Shown here piece after piece: positions 20,053-28,571 of a stretch of DNA of 48,968 bases. Origin of the DNA: a virus (lineage: Duplodnaviria; Caudoviricetes). Position 1 is the stretch's first letter; the number at the start of each line of letters is the position of its first letter. The position numbers were made by a program, and so were the translations under genes. The stretch lies in IMG/VR virus record IMGVR_UViG_3300005323_000367, positions 1-48,968 of that record, one strand, 5' to 3'. The notes below the pieces were generated by a model, which saw nothing but the letters and a program-made list of their open reading frames with translations, did no database searches and was not told the DNA's origin.

Positions 20053-20122
20053 ATATTTAAATCTTACCTCCCTAATATCGGAAAATCGGAAGTGATTTTT
20101 TTACTTTTTACAGAGAGAACTA

Positions 20123-20168
20123 TCGGGGCTTCCCGACCCTCGGGCTTTTTTATTCTCTGGGAGTACCT
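20123..20168 (-). other. Putative cos site (cosQ-like and cosN-like)
   Basis: Minus strand AGGTACT, 17 bp, CCCGA GGGTCGGGAAGC CCCGA upstream of small terminase; same layout as lambda cosQ-I1-cosN. Confidence 0.6.
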
Positions 20169-20202
20169 TTTGCTATTGATAGTGATTGATAATTAGTATT
20201 AA

Positions 20203-20403
20203 TTACCATTCGTTTTTATTTTCCATATTTATTAAATTACCAATTGGCAATTCGCCGATAACTTTCAATAGTGATAATGGTCCATAAGTCAAACGTGCAT
20301 AAGATAACGCCTGACATTCTTCTTCATCCGTTGCAAGAATAAACCCTCGCTCAATCCAACTCGGATTGTTAGGAGTGAAAACAATAATAGCTTTCTTATC
20401 CAT
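20203..20403 (-). CDS. Hypothetical protein
   Basis: 66 aa ORF coupled to upstream gene. Confidence 0.55.
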   Translation of the reverse strand: MDKKAIIVFTPNNPSWIERGFILATDEEECQALSYARLTYGPLSLLKVIGELPIGNLINMENKNEW

Positions 20404-20603
20404 TAGTTACTCACATCCTTCTCGCACCGCTTATAATCAATCGGTGAATTATACCGCATCATCTGCTTATACTCGGGCTCAACCTTATTCCTACCAGCAG
20501 TACAAAAGCGATCTGCAGTATGATCGATAGCAGTAGCTTGGCATCCGTTGGGATTATAAAATTTACATTCGGTATCGCCACAGGTTACGGTCACACTACA
20601 CAC
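20403..20603 (-). CDS. Small Cys-rich protein (DUF1540-like)
   Basis: VTCGDTECKFYNPNGCQATAI. Confidence 0.55.
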   Translation of the reverse strand: MCSVTVTCGDTECKFYNPNGCQATAIDHTADRFCTAGRNKVEPEYKQMMRYNSPIDYKRCEKDVSN

Positions 20604-20659
20604 CTCTCTTATTAGACATAAAGAAAACCGCCCTATTCGGACGGCTTAAATACTTACTA

Positions 20660-20941
20660 TTAAATTGTAATGTTATATGGTTTCTTACCTGCTAATACCC
20701 TTAATTGATCTGTTGTAAATTGCTTTGCTTTACCAGTAAATGTGTAAGATATCTGATGTAATTCATTAGAGGAAATATAAGTATTATTAGCATTTTTTAT
20801 AAAATTAAGTATCTTTTCATCAGACACATTATTGGCACGAAACATAACAATCACACTTCTAAGACTACAAGAATCAAAATTAGTTACCCTACTTAATTCC
20901 TCTGCCCATGCAATTATGTCTTTCACGCACATCCCCCTCAT
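20660..20941 (-). CDS. Hypothetical protein
   Basis: 93 aa ORF overlapping the HTH gene stop; hairpin terminator at about 20625-20648. Confidence 0.55.
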   Translation of the reverse strand: MRGMCVKDIIAWAEELSRVTNFDSCSLRSVIVMFRANNVSDEKILNFIKNANNTYISSNELHQISYTFTGKAKQFTTDQLRVLAGKKPYNITI

Positions 20942-21141
20942 TCGAACGGCTTAACCACATCTGATTTTAAAAACAATTTATCACGTAGCGTCTGCTTAAC
21001 AGGAGTCAACTTGCCCCCCTGCACCATCTTATCTATGTTCTGCCGTGAACATCCCTTTATCTCGGCTACTTCCATAGTTGTAATAACATTTTCAGCAATA
21101 AACTTTTTTAATGCTTCGTCTGATTCAAATTCATACTTCAT
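20938..21141 (-). CDS. HTH_17-like DNA-binding protein
   Basis: VITTMEVAEIKGCSRQNIDKMVQGGKLTPVK. Confidence 0.8.
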   Translation of the reverse strand: MKYEFESDEALKKFIAENVITTMEVAEIKGCSRQNIDKMVQGGKLTPVKQTLRDKLFLKSDVVKPFE

Positions 21142-21144
21142 GTA

Positions 21145-21300
21145 TTAACGCCCCCTGACTGCAAAGAATATTAAATAGGCGATAACCACGCCACCAGAAA
21201 TCCATGACAATGCTGTCATATCTCTAAAATCAACAGACGCCAGCCAAAGGATAAAGATAAACACCATTCCCTTATCTAGATGCTTGATTTTTGTTAGCAT
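21145..21300 (-). CDS. Small two-helix membrane protein (51 aa, not in ORF track)
   Basis: MLTKIKHLDKGMVFIFILWLASVDFRDMTALSWISGGVVIAYLIFFAVRGR. Confidence 0.6.
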   Translation of the reverse strand: MLTKIKHLDKGMVFIFILWLASVDFRDMTALSWISGGVVIAYLIFFAVRGR

Positions 21301-21349
21301 ATATACTACAATGTGATTAATTGGATAGGGAGGTTTCCCTCCCCTCGAA

Positions 21350-21478
21350 TCAACGCTTTTTCTGCCTGCCAGCTTGAGAGCGTTTTTTCTTTTGCCTAGT
21401 GTTTATTCGCTTATACCATTTGTATGTGGTGTATCCGATAATCACTAGGTCTTTTACTATATCCAACCAATCAATCAC
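21350..21478 (-). CDS. 42-aa peptide, hydrophobic N-terminus and basic tail (type I toxin-like; not in ORF track)
   Basis: MIDWLDIVKDLVIIGYTTYKWYKRINTRQKKKRSQAGRQKKR; GTG start, RBS AGGAGGTG. Confidence 0.75.
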   Translation of the reverse strand: MIDWLDIVKDLVIIGYTTYKWYKRINTRQKKKRSQAGRQKKR

Positions 21479-21506
21479 ACCGTACTCACCTCCTTTCTAT
21501 GTCTTT

Positions 21507-21535
21507 ATTATATCACGTTAGTTGCTTTGTGTCAA
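21507..21535 (-). promoter_or_regulatory. Consensus sigma-A promoter
   Basis: TTGACA-17bp-TATAAT; tagttg/caacta inverted repeat over the -35. Confidence 0.85.
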
Positions 21536-21903
21536 CTATTTATTTTAATATATTACCATATTTGTTATATTTTATTAAAAGAAAAGCGCCCCGTGTTGGG
21601 ACGCTGATAATTAAAAATAATATGTTGTTCCATACTAGAACATTAATTTGCTTTTTTTAAACCTTTGCAGGTAAATCCTAACGTAAATAAAATGCTAAAA
21701 GCTCTCATGGTATCGCGAACCCTTTTATGATTATTCTGTAGAAGCAATAGCTCTACGCGCTTAGTATATCCATACTTTATATTATTTAATCATAAAGAAA
21801 GACACTCGCATTTTTGCAAGTGCCTGTTTGTTATTATTACGTTATGTAAACCTCATTGAGTCCGACCCAATTAAATTCAGTTTACCAGATTGTCAAATAA
21901 TCG

Positions 21904-22194
21904 TCAACTATATAATGCGTCATTTAATTTAGATAATGAACTTTTTGTGTTTTTAGGTTTTTTAACACTATTTGATTTACTACCTCCACCTAATTTAACT
22001 GGTCCAGCTGGAAGTACTTCTGTCTGTCTATGAGTACGTGCCATATCTGACATTAACTCTCCAATTTCATCCGTAGGCTTATAAGTATCTTCTGGCCATA
22101 CCTCAGTCTTACATTGTGGACATTTATGATAATCGTCTTGATCGTTATATTTCATTAAAACTCTACATTCTTGGCAAAACCACGGTTTACGCAT
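21904..22194 (-). CDS. Zinc-ribbon protein, possible late regulator
   Basis: CQEC and CPQC; last gene of early region. Confidence 0.55.
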   Translation of the reverse strand: MRKPWFCQECRVLMKYNDQDDYHKCPQCKTEVWPEDTYKPTDEIGELMSDMARTHRQTEVLPAGPVKLGGGSKSNSVKKPKNTKSSLSKLNDALYS

Positions 22195-22239
22195 TAACTC
22201 ACCTCTATTTTAACATTTTCTGTAATATTTCAGCTAATT

Positions 22240-22520
22240 AAGACGGAATTTAGATGAAATAAGACGACCGTAAGACGTAAATTTTGACGGATTTTTTTTT
22301 AAGAATCTAGTATTTATAAGGGTTGCTAGTCTCACAAGACGGAAAAGACGTTTTTTATGATCTACCCCTATATATATACATATATACTATATATTATTAT
22401 TTTTTCCGTAACGTATTAAGTAAAAAAAATCCGTCTTATCCGTCTTAATCCTTATTCTGCAAAGGTTTTGCTCGTCTTATTTTCCGTCTTAGCCCGTCTT
22501 ATTTATTAAAAATCCGTCTT
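22240..22520. repeat. Putative replication origin with inverted iteron arrays
   Basis: AAGACG x5 plus one variant (22240-22350), TA-rich core, CGTCTT x6 (22432-22520); directly downstream of helicase. Confidence 0.8.
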
Positions 22521-22523
22521 ACT

Positions 22524-24113
22524 TTAATACCACTGTTTTTCCGCTAATCCTATGCCTTTCCATCTCCTAGTTGTCCCATTCCTATCTTCAAAAACACTAG
22601 GACATATTTCAATTAACCTAATGTTAAACTTTTGTCTTGTGACCGGATGGAAACTGCCATCAGAACACCATTTTTTATATGCCTCATACAGCTTTGATTT
22701 TTCAGACCATGCCTGCTCTGCTATATTGCAGCACTCCGGCACGAATTGCTTAACAGTATCATTATCTGTTTTATATTTTTCCAATTCATCAATAATGCTA
22801 TCTGGCTGTGAGAATCTTCGATTGGTGCATAAACGGGCAAATCCTTCAAGAGCCATATTTAATAGTCCTGACATTTCTTCAGGCGTGGTTATTTTAGACA
22901 ATAGATTTTCATCCCTGCGTGGATCTCCTTCAGGAAATGATTGTGAGAATTTTATAATGATCCATCTGCGGAAAAATGCGTATGAATTGTCTTTACTCCT
23001 GGGGATCTCATTTGCTGAAAACATTAATCTTGCAGTATTTTTAATCTGGAATGGGTTTTGCCCTTTACGCTCTACTGTGATCCGATCACCAGACACCATA
23101 GCCTTGAATAGTGCTGAATCCTCCATAAATTTACTAGATATATCTGGAAATATGTTAACGAGCTTGCCTGATAGCTCGGCAGCGCGGAATTTATTTTCTG
23201 ATAAATCTTGTAGTGATACTGACGATGTATTTTTAGTACCTATAAAATGCTCTATCATGGCTAAAAGTACAGACTTACCGTTTGAGCCTTGACCAGTAAG
23301 CATGAAGGCTTTTTGAAACCGGCAATCAGGGAAAAGTAAGTGGCCAATGATTTCATAAATTAAATCCTGGCAATCTGCCGGCAGAATATCAATAAGAAAT
23401 TGCTTAATCTTAGGACACTTTGCTGATGGATCATATTTGACTGGTATTCTGATACTAGATAAATACTCAGGGGAATGTTTTTTTAACGTGAGTACCCCTG
23501 TATCGCGCCAATCCTGCATATCGATAATGCCATTATCAAGATTTATAATATTGGGATTCTGGTCTAACATGGATCCCTCCTGATATATTTTAGTTTCTAT
23601 GTATCTGGAAATCTCATTGCCATGCATGTCGCGGTAATGATCCCCTAGTACATCCTGTGTAAGCCTTTTGATAATGGATCGGCCATTAGGTTGATATATA
23701 CCTTCTCTGTGAACAAATATATCTTGCCGATCATATACGATTGGGTATTCTTCTAAAATGCGTTCAGCAAGTGGAGGGGGAATAAACTCCCCTTCATTGC
23801 CAAACCACTCTATTGATACTCGTTGCTTAAACTCTTTGCGGATAACCCTGGCCGATACCCCTAGTAATTTTGCTAGTTTTTTCTCAGCCTGTGCCTGCTT
23901 AATCTCCGATACCTGGCGAAATATTGGAGGAATCATTTTACGGCAATAAGTAAGGCGCTTATCTTCCGGTAAGTTGGCAACCTCTGCCAATAGGTTGTCC
24001 ATTTGTTGATCCTGTTGTAATTCTGCTGATTGCGTCAGTTCTGTGATTTCATCAGCACTAAGAAATTCGGTTGCTGCTCCATCCAATATATCACCTTCTT
24101 TGCACGTCTCCAT
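22524..24113 (-). CDS. P4/D5-family SF3 replicative helicase (primase C-terminal domain)
   Basis: D5_N region, GQGSNGKS, VSGDRITVERKG, LMFSANEIP, C-terminal wHTH. Confidence 0.9.
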   Translation of the reverse strand: METCKEGDILDGAATEFLSADEITELTQSAELQQDQQMDNLLAEVANLPEDKRLTYCRKMIPPIFRQVSEIKQAQAEKKLAKLLGVSARVIRKEFKQRVSIEWFGNEGEFIPPPLAERILEEYPIVYDRQDIFVHREGIYQPNGRSIIKRLTQDVLGDHYRDMHGNEISRYIETKIYQEGSMLDQNPNIINLDNGIIDMQDWRDTGVLTLKKHSPEYLSSIRIPVKYDPSAKCPKIKQFLIDILPADCQDLIYEIIGHLLFPDCRFQKAFMLTGQGSNGKSVLLAMIEHFIGTKNTSSVSLQDLSENKFRAAELSGKLVNIFPDISSKFMEDSALFKAMVSGDRITVERKGQNPFQIKNTARLMFSANEIPRSKDNSYAFFRRWIIIKFSQSFPEGDPRRDENLLSKITTPEEMSGLLNMALEGFARLCTNRRFSQPDSIIDELEKYKTDNDTVKQFVPECCNIAEQAWSEKSKLYEAYKKWCSDGSFHPVTRQKFNIRLIEICPSVFEDRNGTTRRWKGIGLAEKQWY

Positions 24114-24685
24114 CCATCAATCTGTTGATCTTCCGTAGGGCTAAACATATCGTCTAGAACCATATCGATTTTTAACATCCACATAAAGATTTCAGGGTAG
24201 TTTTCACATATTTCATAATTTTTTGAGGAAGAATATAAGTGTCTAGAAATATTTAATAATCTATTTTTAATTAATTCAAAATTAATCTTAAATAAACTTT
24301 TAATTTCATTTTTCTTTTTAATTTCGGAAAGTTTTTTGCGATCATGGTAGTTGTTCTGAGTAGTCATGAGGTTAAAATCTTTAGCTATCGTTATAGCAGC
24401 TGTCTTAAAATCACAGCTCATGGCCTGCATCACCATATCAATAGCTGTACCACCATTACCGCATCCATAGCACCACCATTTGTGCTGGTCTGTATATAGC
24501 TTTAAGGATGGGCTAGAATCCGATCCATGCCATTCGCATCTAGCCCACTTAAAACGTCCTCGGTCATATAATTTACCGCCAACATATGTATTGTACACGT
24601 CCACGATCGAGAGCTGACGGATATCATCAAGGGGTAGTATTTGGGGTTTGCACAAGCCATATTTGATAATAACCCCCCCTATCAA
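24035..24685 (-). CDS. CHC2 zinc-finger protein (primase Zn-binding domain)
   Basis: CEWHGSDSSPSL...WWCYGCGNGG; no TOPRIM domain seen. Confidence 0.8.
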   Translation of the reverse strand: MIGGVIIKYGLCKPQILPLDDIRQLSIVDVYNTYVGGKLYDRGRFKWARCEWHGSDSSPSLKLYTDQHKWWCYGCGNGGTAIDMVMQAMSCDFKTAAITIAKDFNLMTTQNNYHDRKKLSEIKKKNEIKSLFKINFELIKNRLLNISRHLYSSSKNYEICENYPEIFMWMLKIDMVLDDMFSPTEDQQIDGWRRAKKVIYWMEQQPNFLVLMKSQN

Positions 24686-24827
24686 CGGCTTTATACTGCT
24701 TGCTAGTTTTAAGTGTCATATCGTTGGCACGTTTCTCCCATCGTTGCCGTGTTTCGATGGCATTTAGCATACGATAGATATCAGTAACGGCCTTAGTATG
24801 ACTGTGAATAGTATTTTCGCCGATCAT
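24627..24827 (-). CDS. Hypothetical protein
   Basis: Overlapping ORF in early operon. Confidence 0.5.
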   Translation of the reverse strand: MIGENTIHSHTKAVTDIYRMLNAIETRQRWEKRANDMTLKTSKQYKAVDRGGYYQIWLVQTPNTTP

Positions 24828-25164
24828 TCTTTTCCACCACCATTAGTCTATGGATGTATAGAGCTGATTTACTGATCCCTAAAGGACCTTCTAGCATTGT
24901 TTGGCAGCTACTCTGTAGATCAATTAATTCATTTAATAATATTCCAAAATTGGAATCAGTAGGAGATATTTTACAAACAATCCAAGCTACAAATACCTCA
25001 AATAATTCACTGGTGATATGGCAGAGTTGCTTGAATTGGCTATTGCTAAGATATTTAGTTGCTGATCTTATTTCTGATTCCTTACGTTGTTTTAACTCCT
25101 GCAAAGCCCCTTGCAATTCAATATCATGCTCATAACGGTTCATTAGTTTATTTAGATCGTTCAT
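24793..25164 (-). CDS. Hypothetical protein
   Basis: ATGA-coupled ORF in early operon. Confidence 0.55.
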   Translation of the reverse strand: MNDLNKLMNRYEHDIELQGALQELKQRKESEIRSATKYLSNSQFKQLCHITSELFEVFVAWIVCKISPTDSNFGILLNELIDLQSSCQTMLEGPLGISKSALYIHRLMVVEKNDRRKYYSQSY

Positions 25165-25448
25165 ATGTTTAGCACCGCATTATCATGATCCAACTCGCTG
25201 ATCAGAACTATATGCTCAGTCTTAACCCCTATTATTTCGGCCAATAAACTTTTGCCTTTTAGATGGATCTCATCATATTGCTTTTGGGTAAGGTGTTTAT
25301 TACCACCATGCCAGTTAAGGCAAGCATATTGAGCTACTTCCTTTTCTCCCTCGAGATATACGTTATCTGTGATTTTATAGCATAGTCTAGGCATTAGCTT
25401 GTCCCTCCAATTTGAGTGCTTCTCTAGCAAAATTTCGCATAATATCAA
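25161..25448 (-). CDS. Hypothetical protein (start likely near 25394)
   Basis: GGAGG before MPRLCY. Confidence 0.55.
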   Translation of the reverse strand: MILCEILLEKHSNWRDKLMPRLCYKITDNVYLEGEKEVAQYACLNWHGGNKHLTQKQYDEIHLKGKSLLAEIIGVKTEHIVLISELDHDNAVLNI

Positions 25449-26094
25449 TTATTTCAGAGGATGTCTTTACTACACATGTAGGTTCTGTATAATTTAATAT
25501 ATTTTCTAACGCATCCCTCAAGACTCGCTCCTGCTCAGTATGTTTGTGTAAGGCATTACACGCCTGAGCATAAGCCCATGAGGTAGGAGTTTCCCATATA
25601 AAGCCGTTTTCATCGGTATATGTTTCTTGGAGTTTATTAACCTGCCCCCTAGCGAAATTCAGCTTATGCCCGATCTGCTGATTTTGCTGTTGAAGTCCAT
25701 CAATAACAGAATTCTTATTATCAATAATCTCAGTCAACCAATCTACAGGAATATGGACCACCACACCGTGACACAATGTTTTAAGCTGACACGCCCCCTG
25801 TAATGGATCATAAGAATATCTAAAGTCTGTCGTGTCATTGCCATTGTTCGCGGCTCTCAGTGCCATGTTGAGCAGTTTGTTTTTATGCTCTGATGCTTTG
25901 TATCTGTCGGCAACATCATCTAGTTTTTTCTGCGCCTGCTCTAGCGCGACTATTAGATGCTTATGCAGGTTATAGCACTCCACCACATACTCTGACATGA
26001 AAGTACTGCCCTCAATTGTTATATTAAAACGTTCATTTCGTTCGCCAACTTCCTTATATTTGGCTATTAATTCAGCTAAATTAATAGATTTCAT
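25387..26094 (-). CDS. Coiled-coil hypothetical phage protein
   Basis: 235 aa ORF with RBS. Confidence 0.65.
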   Translation of the reverse strand: MKSINLAELIAKYKEVGERNERFNITIEGSTFMSEYVVECYNLHKHLIVALEQAQKKLDDVADRYKASEHKNKLLNMALRAANNGNDTTDFRYSYDPLQGACQLKTLCHGVVVHIPVDWLTEIIDNKNSVIDGLQQQNQQIGHKLNFARGQVNKLQETYTDENGFIWETPTSWAYAQACNALHKHTEQERVLRDALENILNYTEPTCVVKTSSEIIDIMRNFAREALKLEGQANA

Positions 26095-26096
26095 AA

Positions 26097-26264
26097 TTAC
26101 CTCTCCCGTTTCTTATTAGCATCTTCAAGCAAACTGACGTTAGTTAGAACAATGCATAAAGGCCCTAAGAAAATTCCGAATCCCCATTCTTTACCTGTTA
26201 AATCGGTATAGCCTTTACGCCATTTCCAAGTCCATTCTTTTCTGATTGAAATTAATAAATCCAT
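26097..26264 (-). CDS. Small hypothetical protein (55 aa, not in ORF track)
   Basis: MDLLISIRKEWTWKWRKGYTD...; RBS AGGGG; fills the gap. Confidence 0.5.
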   Translation of the reverse strand: MDLLISIRKEWTWKWRKGYTDLTGKEWGFGIFLGPLCIVLTNVSLLEDANKKRER

Positions 26265-26267
26265 CTA

Positions 26268-26549
26268 CTATTCCCCCTTCGGCGGTTTTGGTAGTGGCAT
26301 CCAGTGAGTAATATTGTTATCAATAAAACGTCCATTACGCTTAAAGAAATAAGATATTTCTCGACCAATATTGTTACGTACAATATAATGACCATCTGAA
26401 TTAGGCATACGCTCCGAACACTCAACCCATTGCATCTGTTGACCAATATCAGCAAGTCTTAAAACCTCGTTAATCCCAAGTTTCAATAGCGAGTTGTAGC
26501 GTTCTTCTATGCTAATCACATTCATTTTCATCATCCACACCATAACCAA
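26268..26549 (-). CDS. DUF551-family protein
   Basis: WVECSERMP...ITHWMPLPKPP. Confidence 0.85.
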   Translation of the reverse strand: MVMVWMMKMNVISIEERYNSLLKLGINEVLRLADIGQQMQWVECSERMPNSDGHYIVRNNIGREISYFFKRNGRFIDNNITHWMPLPKPPKGE

Positions 26550-26781
26550 GTTTCGCTAAAATAATATTCATCAGCACGTTTTTAGCATCCTCACTGCTAT
26601 TATCGCCAAGTAATCTATCATCGTCGCAAACAGCCAGTAACGCATCACCGACCATAATGCCAATTTCTTTAACACCAACATTCTCAACTGTCAAAATTAT
26701 ATTTTCGGTGTTTTGTTCTATATGAATAACCCGCTTCATTTCTCCAACTCCTTCACCAAATTTAATAAATTCCGCAATCAT
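26512..26781 (-). CDS. Hypothetical protein (start likely 26739)
   Basis: AAGGAG before MKRVIH. Confidence 0.55.
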   Translation of the reverse strand: MIAEFIKFGEGVGEMKRVIHIEQNTENIILTVENVGVKEIGIMVGDALLAVCDDDRLLGDNSSEDAKNVLMNIILAKLGYGVDDENECD

Positions 26782-26820
26782 ACTTAGTGAAATAATAGAT
26801 AAATCACTAAGTATGATTGC
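26774..26820. terminator. 17-bp perfect inverted repeat, terminator-like
   Basis: gcaatcatacttagtga...tcactaagtatgattgc. Confidence 0.6.
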
Positions 26821-26829
26821 TATTTTTAA

Positions 26830-27895
26830 CTACTCGTCAGCATTGAAGAAAACTTTATAGAAGTACATCCCTTTGTTTTCATCAAATCCACGCTCAATAA
26901 ATTGCATATTTATCCCATCACTAGGATTATTTATCTTAATTTCAAAATCAGTATCCAATTTGATAAGGTTTTTAAACTTTCGCTTCATATCCTTCACTGC
27001 TGGAGTTGAGATACTGAATACCTCTGACGGAGCCACTCCCTGATTAATATCAAAATTTTGTTTGTGTTCCTTAAATTGCTCAATCAGTTCCGGCTCTTTC
27101 ACGACCTCTTGGACAAAATCTTCAAGATCAAAGGCATTGTGCCGATTAAAATAATTTACCGCCTCAGTCATAAAGGCCACTTTATCCTTCCGATCGGCTT
27201 GATATATCTCACCATAAATATTTTCAACGAAGTCCTGGCATACTTTTAAACAATTAGCGGTATGAAAATAACTGTCCTGAACTTCAATAAGCCGTAAGAA
27301 ATCATCTTTCCAGTACAAACCCTCGCTATTGCCTTTTTTCGCATTATCTACAAGAGCCACTCGGAACCCATCAGTAGATTCGATATTGAATATAATGCAA
27401 CCCTTATCCAATTTCTTAATATCAATACATTTCTCACTACCGATAAAAAATTCTTCGGCCTGCCTTGTTATTTTCAAGTAAGTATCTTTTTTCTCGGTTT
27501 TGAAAATGCCGATTGCATCAGTCCTTTGCTCATTGACGATACAATCTGTGAAGTGGGCCATGTAAAACTCGCCACCGCGAATTTGAGGGTGGGCAGACAC
27601 ATTATAAAGGCGGTTTAATATATTAATTGATTCGTTGTGAAACTTGCTAGGATCCACGAAGATATTGCAGAGCGACACATATAGGTCGTTTAGATTGATA
27701 TCAAACTTATAGAACGCCTTGTCCTTGAATGAGAACATAGAAGTATTTCAGCATCAATTCTTCTATGTTGCCGTCTTTAATTTCGTAGGCAGTGGGCGAA
27801 ACCAGAACACCTTCATCCCTTAATTTATTACCGACTTTATGTATAACTAATTTCGATAAATTAACAGTTGAAAAATCAAACATTATTTGCACCAT
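26830..27895 (-). pseudogene. Nucleoid-associated protein (YejK/NdpA, NA37-like), frameshifted near 27739
   Basis: N-part LSKLVIHKVGNK and C-part HPQIRGGEFY, AIGIFKTE, KKLDKGCIIFN, IKLDTDF lie in different frames. Confidence 0.75.
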
Positions 27896-27940
27896 CCTTA
27901 TTTAAAATATATTTTTAATTAATTCTTAATTAATTTAAAA

Positions 27941-28348
27941 TTAACCATCTACTATCTTTAAAGCATCTTCAGCACAACGAGCAACACCAGCACGACCACC
28001 GACCGACCTAATATTTTTTATGAACTTTTCCTGTTCAGGAGATACTATTCCAGTATCAGTTTTATTCTCGATTGCCACAAATACCCCTAACACTTGACCT
28101 ATCATCTGCTCAGTAACGGTTACTGGTGTAACCCCTATTAAGTCAGAAAATCCAACGGGAGCCCCTGTATCAAATGTCCTAGCCCCTCTGACTACTACAT
28201 CACCAGGATATACCGAAACTTTCTTTTCCTTAGTGATCCACTCTTTTTTTCCGGTAACACCGGTACCAACATTGATTCTAAAAAACTTCCCTCGTTTGCC
28301 GGCAGTGAGAGCCTTTCTGATGATGGCTTGAATATCAGACTCTTTCAT
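27941..28348 (-). CDS. VRR-NUC nuclease
   Basis: MKESDIQ, GFSDLIG, FVAIENK, SPEQEKFI. Confidence 0.88.
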   Translation of the reverse strand: MKESDIQAIIRKALTAGKRGKFFRINVGTGVTGKKEWITKEKKVSVYPGDVVVRGARTFDTGAPVGFSDLIGVTPVTVTEQMIGQVLGVFVAIENKTDTGIVSPEQEKFIKNIRSVGGRAGVARCAEDALKIVDG

Positions 28349-28565
28349 TGATAATGCCTTCTACAATTTTTCTTGCTTCGCCCATATCGCAAAGTTTATC
28401 GTTATAATTTATACATCCACGGAAAGTAACGCTTTTAGTGGTTTCAGTTGCTGGATAAACGACTTCTGCTTCAATCCTAGTTCCTTTGCAAATGCGATTT
28501 ACTTCTCCACCATCAGCATTAATTGTGTCATAATCCCAAGTAAGCGAATTAATATGTATTTTCAT
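28335..28565 (-). CDS. Hypothetical protein
   Basis: 76 aa ORF in operon with RBS. Confidence 0.55.
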   Translation of the reverse strand: MKIHINSLTWDYDTINADGGEVNRICKGTRIEAEVVYPATETTKSVTFRGCINYNDKLCDMGEARKIVEGIINERV

Positions 28566-28571
28566 TTATTG

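Noticed and set aside
21540-21900. tRNA or known structured ncRNA in the long intergenic stretch
   Set aside because: Only terminator-like hairpins; no cloverleaf or family I can recognise
22240-22520. Repeat cluster as a CRISPR array
   Set aside because: Repeats are only 6-7 bp, irregularly spaced and inverted; no cas genes
22552-23292. 246-aa + strand ORF
   Set aside because: Antisense shadow of the SF3 helicase
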